Assembly (NCBI GenBank): GCA_041653015.1
Contig: JBAZGG010000002.1
Location: 36,378 to 100,377, forward strand
Origin: Bacilli bacterium
GTDB lineage: Bacteria > Bacillota_I > Bacilli_A > RFN20 > CAG-826
Length of the DNA stretch: 64,000 nucleotides
Direction: 5' to 3'
The position numbers and the translations under genes were made by a program. Positions 39,552 through 49,960 of this stretch are shown here, in pieces. The first letter of the stretch is position 1, and each line of letters opens with the position of its first letter. Below the pieces are notes generated by a model. That model was not told the origin of the DNA and ran no database searches. It saw nothing but the letters and a program-made list of their open reading frames with translations.

Positions 39552-40800
39552 CTACGCGTTTCAATATTGCATAATACATCGCAGTGTCAAGCTCATCATA
39601 AGGGAATCGCTGTCGTTCTTCGACTAATTCGAAATCTCGATGTTTCTGTAAAAAATCAATGATGACAGAATGACTTTCCTTGCGATTGAGCGTCATAACG
39701 ATATAGATTAATTTGCCATCTTCGGTAAGATAAGTGGAAGAACCTTCCAGTGCCAATTTTTGATTCAAAATGAACTTATCGATTGCTTCCTGGCGAAATT
39801 TAACCAAGAAATCCGGGTACTGCCTTATTTCATCAAAGCAAGAGTTTGAAGGAGCAACTACCACGAGATCTTGTTCACAGCTGATTGCGGCTTCCATCGA
39901 TAACGGATCAGGGGCATTGAATAAATTTACATTCCTAGCATTAGCTAATCGAATGCTGCGAGCTAATTCGAATCTCTCATCAAGATTGCTAACCCCAACA
40001 TTAAAATTGACATCTCTACCATATTTCGCATAAAGTTCGTATAGAATTGAATTATCAGCACCGCTATATGCCAAAATGTTGTGAACATTAGGCTGAACAA
40101 AATTATCAAAGAAAGATTTAACAGCCATTTTTTCTGGAAAAACATCGAAACTTCTAAAAAATTCAGCGCGTTTTTTAGGTGGCTTACCATCGAATATTAC
40201 CATGTCGCTAACCGGTGATGGCTTAAATGCATCGTTCTCTTTTACGAGTTGATCCAAAGTTGTTTGCATGGTCATAACTCGGCAGGTAAGAAGTTGCGGT
40301 CTAGTGTTCTTTTTAAGAAGCTTGTATGTTATTCCTTTTCCAAAATGCTTTTGCCACATTTTTATAAGCCAAATTGGCGTATTGAACCTCAATGACAAAA
40401 AATCTACTGAATCGCGAGGAATATCGTTTGGAATCAAATCATTTGGTGAATCTCGAAACGTCAGCATTTTTACCAAATTTGAAAATCTTTGTTCATCTAT
40501 GGATGATTTAATAAAATCTGTCACTTCATCTTCATTCAATCTTTTAAGAAAAAGATTATTGGACAAGGCAATATAGATCAAACATTTTTCATCGTCTGTA
40601 AATTGAATATTAGTCTCATGCAATAAACGGGAAAACAAAAAATGGTGTCTTAGCTCGCATCCAGCCAAAGCCGAAACAATGCCTTTGATATCTTTAAGCG
40701 TCTCATCGCTCTGAAATGTTTTTTTTAAAGCAAATGAAAAGGAGATTTCTGTATACAAGATTTCCTTTAAAATTTTTTGTGCCGTGATGATTTCTTTCAT
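39532..40800 (-). CDS. RsmB/Sun-like protein (NusB-like N-terminus plus an MTase-like C-terminus with apparently degenerate SAM and catalytic motifs)
   Basis: Conserved position between priA and rlmN. ILAYSGADNSI sits in place of the DLCAAPGGKT motif, and VAPSNSC in place of DAPCSG. Confidence 0.55.
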   Translation of the reverse strand: MKEIITAQKILKEILYTEISFSFALKKTFQSDETLKDIKGIVSALAGCELRHHFLFSRLLHETNIQFTDDEKCLIYIALSNNLFLKRLNEDEVTDFIKSSIDEQRFSNLVKMLTFRDSPNDLIPNDIPRDSVDFLSLRFNTPIWLIKMWQKHFGKGITYKLLKKNTRPQLLTCRVMTMQTTLDQLVKENDAFKPSPVSDMVIFDGKPPKKRAEFFRSFDVFPEKMAVKSFFDNFVQPNVHNILAYSGADNSILYELYAKYGRDVNFNVGVSNLDERFELARSIRLANARNVNLFNAPDPLSMEAAISCEQDLVVVAPSNSCFDEIRQYPDFLVKFRQEAIDKFILNQKLALEGSSTYLTEDGKLIYIVMTLNRKESHSVIIDFLQKHRDFELVEERQRFPYDELDTAMYYAILKRVGESRSD

Positions 40801-40853
40801 AGTTTACTTTCTAATATTAGCATTGAGCAGACGAATAATAAAATAGTATTAAA

Positions 40854-41339
40854 CTATTTATCATCGTCTTTTGGCAAAACTTCTTTGAAAATATTTTCAC
40901 CAAAAACTTTTTCTTCATAGTCATCATCTGAACAGGCGCCGTCTTCATCATCTTCATCATCTTGAAAATTACTTGCCTCTCGGACAACATTTGCATCGGT
41001 GATAAAACGAGGATATTCCGAATTAATCTTTTCATATCTATTTTTAGAATCGTAATAGTAGAATTCAATTGCGACATTGATTGTGACATCAATTAATGTA
41101 GAAATTATATATTTGGCGATTTTTTCTTGAAAAACCTTATATTTTTCTGGTGCATGTATTCTCACTAGAGCATTCCATGAATTTTGTTCAACACCAAAAT
41201 GATAAACAAAACTATTAGGGGCATAAAACGAAATATTGTCATCGTGTGTTTCATAAATATTGGCAATCTTAGTCGTGTGATTCTTTGCGTAATAGGCAAT
41301 TGCATATTGATCTAACCCAAGGATAGAAATTGTTATCAT
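40854..41339 (-). CDS. Hypothetical protein with an acidic Asp/Glu-rich C-terminal tail
   Basis: Has its own TTGAAA-17-TTATAAT promoter at about 41345-41385 on the minus strand. It occupies the position of def-fmt in the Bacillus cluster. Confidence 0.5.
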   Translation of the reverse strand: MITISILGLDQYAIAYYAKNHTTKIANIYETHDDNISFYAPNSFVYHFGVEQNSWNALVRIHAPEKYKVFQEKIAKYIISTLIDVTINVAIEFYYYDSKNRYEKINSEYPRFITDANVVREASNFQDDEDDEDGACSDDDYEEKVFGENIFKEVLPKDDDK

Positions 41340-41392
41340 ATATATCTCCCTCTCACTTCAATTATGATTATAATACATTTTCTTATGTTTTT

Positions 41393-43588
41393 TCAAAAAC
41401 CATAAGTATCGACATTAACTACAATATTAATACTCGTTTTTGAAGAAAGTGATTTTATGATTCGAGAAAGATATTTTTTAATTTCTTTATCGGATTTGTA
41501 TTTGATTAGAATTGCCCTTTTAAAAAGACTATTTTCGTAAGGGATATAAGGTATGCTCGGTCCAACCACCAAAACATTTTCAAATCTCTGCCTGTTTATA
41601 TCATCTGCCAAATGTTCTATAGCTTTATTGACTAATTTTTCATCGCCAGAAGTCAACTCAATGCTCGTCGTATAGGTGTAAGGAGGATATTGTTGAATCT
41701 TGCGAATTTGCATTTCTTTGGCATAAAAACGGTTATAATTCTGTTCTGCAGCGCATCGAATGGCGTAATGATTCGGAACATATGTTTGAATAACGGCCTC
41801 GCCAATCGAGTCGCCTCTTCCGCTTCGCCCAACCGCTTGAGTGATCAATTGAAAGGTGCGTTCAGCGCTTCTGAATGAAGGAAGATTTAATCCAATGTCA
41901 GCCAATATCACCGCAACAAGCGTCACGTTTGGAAAGTCATGACCTTTTGCAATCATTTGCGTGCCAACCAGAATTTGTGCTTTTTGTTCGCGGAAATCAT
42001 TGAGAGTTTTTGCGATGTTATTTTTCACTTTCCCAACATCACTATCAAGTCTAAGAGTCTTAACATCAGGAAATAATTTTTGAATCTCATCTACGATTTT
42101 CTCTGTGCCAAATCCATTCTTCGAAAGATGAACGGAACCACATTCTGGGCACGATAATGGCATCAATTCAACATATCCGCAATGGTGACATTTAATCATG
42201 TTATCTTCGCGATGATAGGTTAGAGTGACTCCACAATTTGGACACCTAAAAACGTGTCCGCAAGAGCGACAAGATAAATAATTTGAATATCCACGGCGAT
42301 TTATAAGTATAACGATTTGATGATTTTGTTTGATTGCGCTTCTCATTTTATTAAGAAGAAGCGTCGAGAAAATAACAGATTCACGCGATAAGTTCTGCGA
42401 ATTAAGCAAATCAATGATCGTTGTCTTTGGCAATTGCTGATCATTTATCCTACGTGGTAAAAGCACATGATTATAAAGACCTTTTATGGCCCTAGCTCTA
42501 GTTTCTAGAGATGGTGTCGCGCTGCCTAAAACAACTTTTGCACCATTAGCTTTCGCTCTCATCAACGCAACCTCTTTTGCATGGTAATAAGGCAAATTTT
42601 CTTGTTTGTATGATTCGACGTGTTCTTCATCAAGAATTATTAACCCAATTCTTTTTAATGGAGCAAAAATTGCACTTCGTGCTCCTACCACAATATGGCA
42701 TGTGCCTTGAGCAATGCGACGATACTCATCGTATTTTTCTGCGGCAGTCAATTCACTATGAAGAATTGCAACATTATTGTTGAAGCGCCTTGAGAAGTAT
42801 TCAACCATTATTGGAGTTAAAGCGATCTCTGGTACAAGAAATAAGACATCTTTGTTATTAGCGAGCGTTTCTTCCGCAAGAGCAAGATAGACTTCTGTCT
42901 TGCCACTTCCAGTTACACCTTCGAGCAAAGAAACCATTTTATCGGAATCCAGTATTTCTTTAACAGCTTGTTTTTGATCTGATGTGAGCGTGTGTTTTTC
43001 TTCTCGAGAAAATTTTGGAATTTCAAGTCTTGATTTTTCTATACGATCAATTTTTATTCTCTGCAATTCAAGAAGTTTTTTTATGATTGTGGAATTGGGT
43101 AATTCCTTTTTAAGAACTTTTCCATATAGTTTTATAAATCGCAGCACTTCAATCTGCTTTGAAGTCAAATCCGTTTCATCATCATCTTTGATCGATAGAT
43201 AATCGTCGTATTTTATTTTGGGAGCTTTTAAAGAAGATGATGTAGGTTTCAAAGAGGGAGGTAACATCGCTTGTAGAACAGAAATTTTAGGGGCGAGGTA
43301 ATATTCAGCGATTTGATCGGATAAATTCATAAGATCATCATTGAGGATTGGACTATCGTCCAACACATCGATTATTTCACTAATTTTATATCCAGATGCC
43401 AACTCTAATTCCTCAACAGATTGCTTTGTTTCACTGATCGCAATGACGTAACCGATAATCATGGCATTATGAAACTTTGCCAGAACTCGATAACCAACTT
43501 CGATTTTTTTATCTCCAATATATGTATAAGAAAAAGGGCGATTAACAGCATGAGCGGTATATTGGATTAAAACATCTAATATAAGCAT
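41393..43588 (-). CDS. priA: Primosomal protein N' (PriA helicase)
   Basis: DEAH helicase (GVTGSGKT, DEEH) with a Cys-rich zinc-binding insertion, 731 aa. Confidence 0.92.
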   Translation of the reverse strand: MLILDVLIQYTAHAVNRPFSYTYIGDKKIEVGYRVLAKFHNAMIIGYVIAISETKQSVEELELASGYKISEIIDVLDDSPILNDDLMNLSDQIAEYYLAPKISVLQAMLPPSLKPTSSSLKAPKIKYDDYLSIKDDDETDLTSKQIEVLRFIKLYGKVLKKELPNSTIIKKLLELQRIKIDRIEKSRLEIPKFSREEKHTLTSDQKQAVKEILDSDKMVSLLEGVTGSGKTEVYLALAEETLANNKDVLFLVPEIALTPIMVEYFSRRFNNNVAILHSELTAAEKYDEYRRIAQGTCHIVVGARSAIFAPLKRIGLIILDEEHVESYKQENLPYYHAKEVALMRAKANGAKVVLGSATPSLETRARAIKGLYNHVLLPRRINDQQLPKTTIIDLLNSQNLSRESVIFSTLLLNKMRSAIKQNHQIVILINRRGYSNYLSCRSCGHVFRCPNCGVTLTYHREDNMIKCHHCGYVELMPLSCPECGSVHLSKNGFGTEKIVDEIQKLFPDVKTLRLDSDVGKVKNNIAKTLNDFREQKAQILVGTQMIAKGHDFPNVTLVAVILADIGLNLPSFRSAERTFQLITQAVGRSGRGDSIGEAVIQTYVPNHYAIRCAAEQNYNRFYAKEMQIRKIQQYPPYTYTTSIELTSGDEKLVNKAIEHLADDINRQRFENVLVVGPSIPYIPYENSLFKRAILIKYKSDKEIKKYLSRIIKSLSSKTSINIVVNVDTYGF

Positions 43589-43600
43589 GATAAAATGCCC

Positions 43601-44212
43601 TTATTTTCTGATTGTGGCATGAATTTTTGATTTGATAATATTCTGAATTTCCTTCGCAGCGCGTTTTGGGTTATCGTTTAAAACGACATATTGATAGTTG
43701 AATTTCAAACTCATCTCAGCGCGAGCTTTTGCAAGACGTTTTTGAATAACCTCTTCACTCTCTGTTGATCGATGTCTGATTCGCTTCTCTAAATCTTCAA
43801 AAGATGGAGGGATTAAGAATATCGAAACGATATCCCCACCTTTTTGCTTTGCCATAACCTGCTTCGTTCCTTCAACTTCAATTTCCAAAATGACATTTTT
43901 CCCTTCGTTACGAAGTTTTTGGACATAATCTTTCGGTGTACCATATCGATTGCCAACAAAAGATGCCCATTCAAGAAGATTATCATCCTTAATTGCTTTA
44001 TCAAATTCTTCATTAGAAACGAAAAAATAGTCAATTCCATTTGTCTCTTTTGCTCTTTTGAATCTCGTCGTCATCGAAACGCTATAAACAAGATTTAGAG
44101 ATCTGTTTGCCATGACAAGACGCCTAATTGTTCCTTTTCCAACCCCAGATGGGCCTGAAAGAATGATTAGAAGACCTTGTTTTTTAGATAAATCATTTTG
44201 ATGAAAAAACAT
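43601..44212 (-). CDS. gmk: Guanylate kinase
   Basis: P-loop GPSGVGKGT, 203 aa. Confidence 0.9.
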   Translation of the reverse strand: MFFHQNDLSKKQGLLIILSGPSGVGKGTIRRLVMANRSLNLVYSVSMTTRFKRAKETNGIDYFFVSNEEFDKAIKDDNLLEWASFVGNRYGTPKDYVQKLRNEGKNVILEIEVEGTKQVMAKQKGGDIVSIFLIPPSFEDLEKRIRHRSTESEEVIQKRLAKARAEMSLKFNYQYVVLNDNPKRAAKEIQNIIKSKIHATIRK

Positions 44213-44227
44213 TTTTTCCTTTCACAA

Positions 44228-45592
44228 TTATAGTGCCCAAATCGTTGGATTACCTTCAACATAATGCCAATACACATTTGTTTGAGATGGTTGATTTTCG
44301 CTATATAAATAGTACGGAATCGCCGGATAATTCCAATAAGAACCCAACGATGATGGAAGTGTTGTGCTCTCAAAAAATATTAAGGCATTACTGCATGATG
44401 CAAAGCAATTGTTACCAATAGTTGTCACGCTCGCTGGAATAATGACGTATTCCAAATACCTCGATCCTTCAAAAGCTCTCGCTGAAAGCGTAACGATTGA
44501 ATTTGGAATAACATAGTTTTCAGAAGTCTTCCCTGCCGGATAGCAAATGAGCGACGTATCGCTTTTGTTAAATATGACATTATCAACTGCTTTGAATGAT
44601 GCATTCGTCACATCAACAGTAATCGATGATAGATGAATACACTCTGCAAAAGGATTTTGGTTTATTGATGAAAGATTAGAAGGTAAGTCGATTGAAGTCA
44701 ATGCAGAACAACCATAAAAAGCATTGCCGCCGATAGATGATAACGATGAAGGAAAAACAATGGATGAAAGTTTTCTATTGCTGTGAAATGCTCCCGCTCC
44801 AATCGAAGTGACTTCGTTTGGAATTAATAATGAGGAGGCATCAATATTTGAAGGGCAATACAAAAGGGTTTTGCCATCTTTTGAATAAGCAACATTATCA
44901 ATTATCTGAAAATACGCGTTATCAGCAGATATAGAAATCGATTCAACATTTGGCGATTCGAGAAATGCCGAAGCCCAAGCAAAGGTTTTTAATGTGCTAG
45001 GAAAAGTCGCGGAGATGAAACTGGGGCAGTTTGCAAACATATACTCACCAATTTTTGTGACGCCTTCTGGAATATCGATCGAAACAAGTCTTGAAGATTG
45101 AAAGCAAGCATTCCCAATCTCAAGTAATGATTCTGGCAGTTCTATTGAAGTAATTGACGAATTATAAAAAACTCCCTGTGCAATAGCGTAAACTGGTTTC
45201 CCAGCATATTGTTGGGGAATAAGAATTTCGGTAGATGATCCAATATAACTTTTTACAAGGTATGAATCAAATGCTTCCGAGTATTCGAAAGAGAGACCTT
45301 TTGTATAATTGTACTCTTCGCGAAATTGAGCGATGCGAGAACAATCCTCTTGAATATTCACCAATTGTTTGTCCCAGCCAGAAAAGATATAAGATATTTT
45401 ATTATCGGTGCTAGGTTTAAGAGGAGTTTCTCCTTCATAAAAAGCTTCACCGCCTGGTTGAACTTCGGTTTCATAAAGAACCGATAGATCATAATTTTTG
45501 AAAGTGACAGAGTATGTAGATTTAACAGATGCTGTGCCGCCACAAGAAGCTAGCGCTAAAACGGAACTCAATATAAACATAATTTTTTTCAT
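44228..45592 (-). CDS. Surface lipoprotein with BspA/TpLRR-type leucine-rich repeats
   Basis: Lipobox LASCGG. Tandem ~23-aa repeats of the IP.SVT.IG..AF..C..L type. Confidence 0.65.
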   Translation of the reverse strand: MKKIMFILSSVLALASCGGTASVKSTYSVTFKNYDLSVLYETEVQPGGEAFYEGETPLKPSTDNKISYIFSGWDKQLVNIQEDCSRIAQFREEYNYTKGLSFEYSEAFDSYLVKSYIGSSTEILIPQQYAGKPVYAIAQGVFYNSSITSIELPESLLEIGNACFQSSRLVSIDIPEGVTKIGEYMFANCPSFISATFPSTLKTFAWASAFLESPNVESISISADNAYFQIIDNVAYSKDGKTLLYCPSNIDASSLLIPNEVTSIGAGAFHSNRKLSSIVFPSSLSSIGGNAFYGCSALTSIDLPSNLSSINQNPFAECIHLSSITVDVTNASFKAVDNVIFNKSDTSLICYPAGKTSENYVIPNSIVTLSARAFEGSRYLEYVIIPASVTTIGNNCFASCSNALIFFESTTLPSSLGSYWNYPAIPYYLYSENQPSQTNVYWHYVEGNPTIWAL

Positions 45593-45709
45593 AATATGGT
45601 AATTCCTAACTTGTAGTTAGTATAAATTGATTTACGTTTTTTTTCAATATGTGAAAATGCGAAATATTATAATTGCGGTTTAAAAAAGAATAAATGTTAT
45701 AATTTTTAC

Positions 45710-47086
45710 ATGTTCCCGTCGGTCAAAGATTTACATTATATCGCGCAAAATATTGAAAAATCGCTCAAAAATAAGCGCGTTTCCAGTCTTGAAATCATAT
45801 CTGGTGACTCCTTTGTTATTTCTTTCGAAGATTTCAAAGAATCAAAAAAGGATAGACTAATAATCAATTTTAATAATCAATTCCCATACATATCACTATT
45901 CCCGTATTCATTCAAAAAAGCAGTTGCTGTTAATCCATTTTGCAGCAAACTCGGCAATATCGTCTCAGGTTTATTTCTTGATAACATTAAAGTGCTCAAC
46001 AACGATCGCATTTTGGTCTTAAAATTTGTTAAGGAAAACGAGCCGCGGGAAGGCAAAGAGTATTCACTCTGCATTGAATTGTTTCCATATCACCCAAATA
46101 TTGTGCTTTGCGATAGTAATAATTCAATAATCGCGCAGCTTAAAAAATCTTACGTTGATAGAATTTACAAACCATCCATAAAAATCCGCGATTTGGATGA
46201 TGAGACTGCACCATTTAATATGGCTGATTATCTGAACAGAATAGATCGAGAAAATCGGCTGATATCACAAGAAAACGAATCCAATCTAATGGGGAAAGCT
46301 TTCCGTGTTCTATCGGCTGAGAATAAAAAAATGGAGAAGAAAATATCAAATCTAGATAATGATTTGGCGATGGCGAACAAGGAAAGCGGCCTTCTTGACG
46401 TAGCCGATGAATTATCGAGCGATCGTGAACGATACCAATCGGCAACAAATATAGCTTTGAATGGAGTAGTTCACAATCTAGATCAATCGCTTAGCATCAA
46501 TGAAAATATTGAAAATTTCTATCGTAGATATAAAAAGAGTAAAATTGCGATTCTCGAAATCAATAAACAGATTCAAATTGCCAAACAAAAATTGCTCAGC
46601 AATAACGATTTATTAATTAGCTTGAATTCAATGAGCGATGATGAATTAAATTTTATTTGTGGAAAAGTTACAAACAGCAGTGTCAAGAAGAACGATAATT
46701 GTAAAATCAGCCACTATTACTATGAAATTAATGATAATGGAATCAAATATTCCTTTGGAAAAAATAGCCTACAGAATGAAACGGTTAGTTTTTTGCTCGC
46801 AACGCGGAATAATTATTGGTTTCATATAAAGAACACGCATGGTTCGCATTTAATAATACGACAAGAGAAACGTCCATCTGACGACTGCATAAGAACGGCT
46901 TGCGAATTGATCATCCTTTTAAACAAAAAACTCGATGGAGAGGTGACATTTACAAAAAGGACTAATGTCAGAAAAGGGCACTCTCCAGGGCAAGTATTCA
47001 TTAAAAACTACGAGACTATACAAATAAAAAGAATCGATGACAGAACGCGCGAACTATTGTCTATTGCAGAAAAGAAAAGCATTTAA
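45710..47086 (+). CDS. rqcH: RqcH/FbpA (NFACT) family ribosome-quality-control protein
   Basis: N-terminal NFACT-N region, a central coiled-coil, and a C-terminal NFACT-R/DUF814 motif HIKNTHGSHLIIR. Confidence 0.7.
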   Translation: MFPSVKDLHYIAQNIEKSLKNKRVSSLEIISGDSFVISFEDFKESKKDRLIINFNNQFPYISLFPYSFKKAVAVNPFCSKLGNIVSGLFLDNIKVLNNDRILVLKFVKENEPREGKEYSLCIELFPYHPNIVLCDSNNSIIAQLKKSYVDRIYKPSIKIRDLDDETAPFNMADYLNRIDRENRLISQENESNLMGKAFRVLSAENKKMEKKISNLDNDLAMANKESGLLDVADELSSDRERYQSATNIALNGVVHNLDQSLSINENIENFYRRYKKSKIAILEINKQIQIAKQKLLSNNDLLISLNSMSDDELNFICGKVTNSSVKKNDNCKISHYYYEINDNGIKYSFGKNSLQNETVSFLLATRNNYWFHIKNTHGSHLIIRQEKRPSDDCIRTACELIILLNKKLDGEVTFTKRTNVRKGHSPGQVFIKNYETIQIKRIDDRTRELLSIAEKKSI

Positions 47087-47589
47087 TCTAGTGTATGTTC
47101 GCCTTTAATAATCTCGATCGTCGCTAATTCAGAGAATTTTTGCTGTCGTAAAACTTCATAAAGAATAATGGCGACAGAATTAGATAGATTTAGGCTTCTA
47201 GCATTGGCCATCATCGGGATGCGCATACAAAGGTTGAGATTACTCTTTAGCAGCCTTTTATCTATCCCTGTCGATTCGTTGCCAAACATAAAATACATGT
47301 TTCCAAATTTGTTAGAAAAATCAAACGCAGTATAGAGTTTTGAAGAGTATCTCGTCACATAGTATATGATTTCGTTCCTATGCATCTGCTCAAATTCTTC
47401 ATAATTTTTATATAAAACATATTTTGCTTCTTTGAGATAATCCATCCCGACGCGTTGCACGGATTTATCATCGATTTCAAATTTGATTGGACCGATGATG
47501 TGGACAATTGAATTAGTTGCCATTGCGGTCCTTAAAATATTACCGACGTTTTGAGGCATTGAGGGGCGAAATAAAACAATATTTACCAT
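47083..47589 (-). CDS. trmL: tRNA (cytidine/uridine-2'-O)-methyltransferase TrmL (SpoU family)
   Basis: SPOUT knot motifs. The start was set at MVNIVLF. Confidence 0.75.
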   Translation of the reverse strand: MVNIVLFRPSMPQNVGNILRTAMATNSIVHIIGPIKFEIDDKSVQRVGMDYLKEAKYVLYKNYEEFEQMHRNEIIYYVTRYSSKLYTAFDFSNKFGNMYFMFGNESTGIDKRLLKSNLNLCMRIPMMANARSLNLSNSVAIILYEVLRQQKFSELATIEIIKGEHTLD

Positions 47590-47640
47590 GAGAGAATAAT
47601 AAGGTGGAAAGAAAAAAAGCACAAGAATATAATAATTTCC

Positions 47641-48453
47641 ATGAACAATGCAGAAAAACTATTTGAGGAATTGAGTGGAAGAAAAGCTACTTCATGTATA
47701 AGAATTGAAGAAGGCTTATCGAACGACACATATATCGTAAATGGCATGTATGTAATCCGTTTAAGAAAGCCTAGTATGGATAAATATTACCAAGTTGACC
47801 TCGAGCGCGAAATCGCTTTGAGAATGAGCGACATCGGTATTTCGGAACAGATCATTTCATTTGATAGATTGAATGGATCAAAAGTGTCTGCATATATCTC
47901 TGGAACAGAAAGAATTTCAAATCCGATAGCGATAGAACAATTAAAGCTTATCGCTACTAGCATTAATAAGCTTCATTGCTGTGGTGTTTCTGCGAAAATT
48001 GACTTCGATATACTCAATCGTTTTGATTATTATAAGCAAGAGTCAGGAGAGAGTTTAAACCATCGACACGAACAGAAAATTATAGAAAAAATCCAGAAGG
48101 ATCTAAAAAACGAAAAAAAAGTGCTCTGTCATAACGATTTGGTCAAAGGCAATATCTTGCTCAAAAATAACCAAGCAATTCTCATAGACTGGGAATTTGC
48201 GGGGATGAATTATCCATCATTTGATATAGCGTCATTTTTAAGTGAGAATAATATTACAAATTCCGATGATATTAAGAATTTTCTTTCTTTTATCACTGGC
48301 GAAAAAAGCGTGAGCAAAGACTATTTTGAACATATTAAAAACATGATGACTTTCGAAAACTATCTTTGGTATTATTGGGCGATGATGAAATACAAGTTCA
48401 GCCGCGATAGAAGATATTTAGATATAGCCAGCGAAAAGAAAAATGCGATATAA
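47641..48453 (+). CDS. Aminoglycoside/choline-kinase-family phosphotransferase
   Basis: Brenner motif HNDLVKGNIL and an IDWEF motif, 270 aa. Confidence 0.65.
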   Translation: MNNAEKLFEELSGRKATSCIRIEEGLSNDTYIVNGMYVIRLRKPSMDKYYQVDLEREIALRMSDIGISEQIISFDRLNGSKVSAYISGTERISNPIAIEQLKLIATSINKLHCCGVSAKIDFDILNRFDYYKQESGESLNHRHEQKIIEKIQKDLKNEKKVLCHNDLVKGNILLKNNQAILIDWEFAGMNYPSFDIASFLSENNITNSDDIKNFLSFITGEKSVSKDYFEHIKNMMTFENYLWYYWAMMKYKFSRDRRYLDIASEKKNAI

Positions 48454-48462
48454 TCGCATTTC

Positions 48463-49029
48463 TTATTCTTGATCAGTAAAATATTTTTTATATAGATAGT
48501 CATCGCCAAAATCTTTTTGATACAAATCGATGGCTTTTTGAATTACTTTTTTTGCATAATTTGAATCATGCATTTCATTGACAACTGTAGTTTTTCCTTC
48601 AAGTTGCTTATACACAGTAAAAAAATGCCTGATTTCTTCCATGAAGTGAGGCGGAAGATCTTCCAATTCTTTAAATGTATTAAATAATGGGTCACGCGCG
48701 CAGATTGCAATAATTTTTTCATCTCTCTGCCCACCATCGATCATTTCCAAGACACCGATTGGGTAGCACTCTACTAACGCTAAAGGCACGATGCATTCAG
48801 AGCACAAAACTAAAACATCTAATGGGTCGTCATCCTCTGCATATGTTCTAGGAATAAAACCATAATTATGAGGATAATGAGTCGATGTATATAAAATTCT
48901 GTCCAGTCTCAATGTGCCGGTTTCCTTATCGAATTCGTATTTGTTCTTGCTGCCCTTGGGAATTTCTATACATGCGAGAAAACTATCTGGTTTGATTCTC
49001 TCTTTGCTCACTCTATGCCATACATTCAT
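48463..49029 (-). CDS. ppa: Inorganic pyrophosphatase (family I)
   Basis: Asp-rich active site AEDDDPLDVLVL, 188 aa. Confidence 0.9.
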   Translation of the reverse strand: MNVWHRVSKERIKPDSFLACIEIPKGSKNKYEFDKETGTLRLDRILYTSTHYPHNYGFIPRTYAEDDDPLDVLVLCSECIVPLALVECYPIGVLEMIDGGQRDEKIIAICARDPLFNTFKELEDLPPHFMEEIRHFFTVYKQLEGKTTVVNEMHDSNYAKKVIQKAIDLYQKDFGDDYLYKKYFTDQE

Positions 49030-49120
49030 TCTGTTTTCTCCTTAAAATATATAAAAAATCTACTATTTCAATATATTCTAACCATGTGCATAAAACAAGG
49101 TATAATGGTATAATTCATCT

Positions 49121-49960
49121 ATGAAAAAAATGTTCTCATCAATTGCCATTCTTTTAATAATTATGCCTCTTTCATCGTGCGGTTCTTCCAACCCATCATA
49201 CATACAGATCAATCAAGAGATATTATCAAAGGGAGAGCCGACCAGCGAGAGTTCGATGAACGAGTGGACATATAGCGCTGATGGTCAATATATCAAATCA
49301 TTAATGAATAGCGATCAAGATTTCACCCTGCTTTTTTCAAGCGATTATTGTAGTCATTGCAGAGAGGCAAAACCATCGATAATTAGATATATATATGAAA
49401 CAAAAGCGATGATCTATTATATTCAGACCGATGCATTTGAAGATATCTATGTAGAATATGAGAAAATTTATAATAATTCTTTGGGAAATCCGAGCGCCAG
49501 CCTCGTCACACCTACCCTAATGTTTTTTAAAGGAAGAACATTGGTGAATTACGTAACGGGAAACGATCGATTGTTGAACATCATATCGACGACAAATCTT
49601 TTCAATGCACAGACGCGAATTACAAATGTATCGCATATCGACACATTAATGGGTTTGAGCGAATATGTTGCAAGCAACCCGGATTCATTATTGTATTTTT
49701 ATGATATCAATGACACAACTGCCATTAATGCGTATACAAATGTCTTGAAGGAAAAATCGAACAAAAGTGACAAAAAAAGTGCCATTGTTGATATGAATTC
49801 ATTATCGGACACCGATCGTTTGGAACTTATTTCTCAGTACGATCTCTCATCTGAATATCGTCCTGAATTAATCGCTTACGTCAACGGATTGAAACAAGAC
49901 AAATTTACATATGCAGAAATCGATAGTGATCTGATCGAATATGTTCAACAGTACTTGTAA
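49121..49960 (+). CDS. Hypothetical lipoprotein with a thioredoxin-like CxxC motif (DYCSHC)
   Basis: Signal peptide with lipobox LSSCGS. Its stop abuts the atpC stop. Confidence 0.55.
   Translation: MKKMFSSIAILLIIMPLSSCGSSNPSYIQINQEILSKGEPTSESSMNEWTYSADGQYIKSLMNSDQDFTLLFSSDYCSHCREAKPSIIRYIYETKAMIYYIQTDAFEDIYVEYEKIYNNSLGNPSASLVTPTLMFFKGRTLVNYVTGNDRLLNIISTTNLFNAQTRITNVSHIDTLMGLSEYVASNPDSLLYFYDINDTTAINAYTNVLKEKSNKSDKKSAIVDMNSLSDTDRLELISQYDLSSEYRPELIAYVNGLKQDKFTYAEIDSDLIEYVQQYL

Noticed and set aside
40817-41092. 91-aa ORF overlapping the acidic-tail gene in another frame
   Set aside because: It lies entirely within the better-supported 161-aa ORF, which has a promoter and start context. Its translation is a frame artefact of the GAT/GAA-rich stretch.
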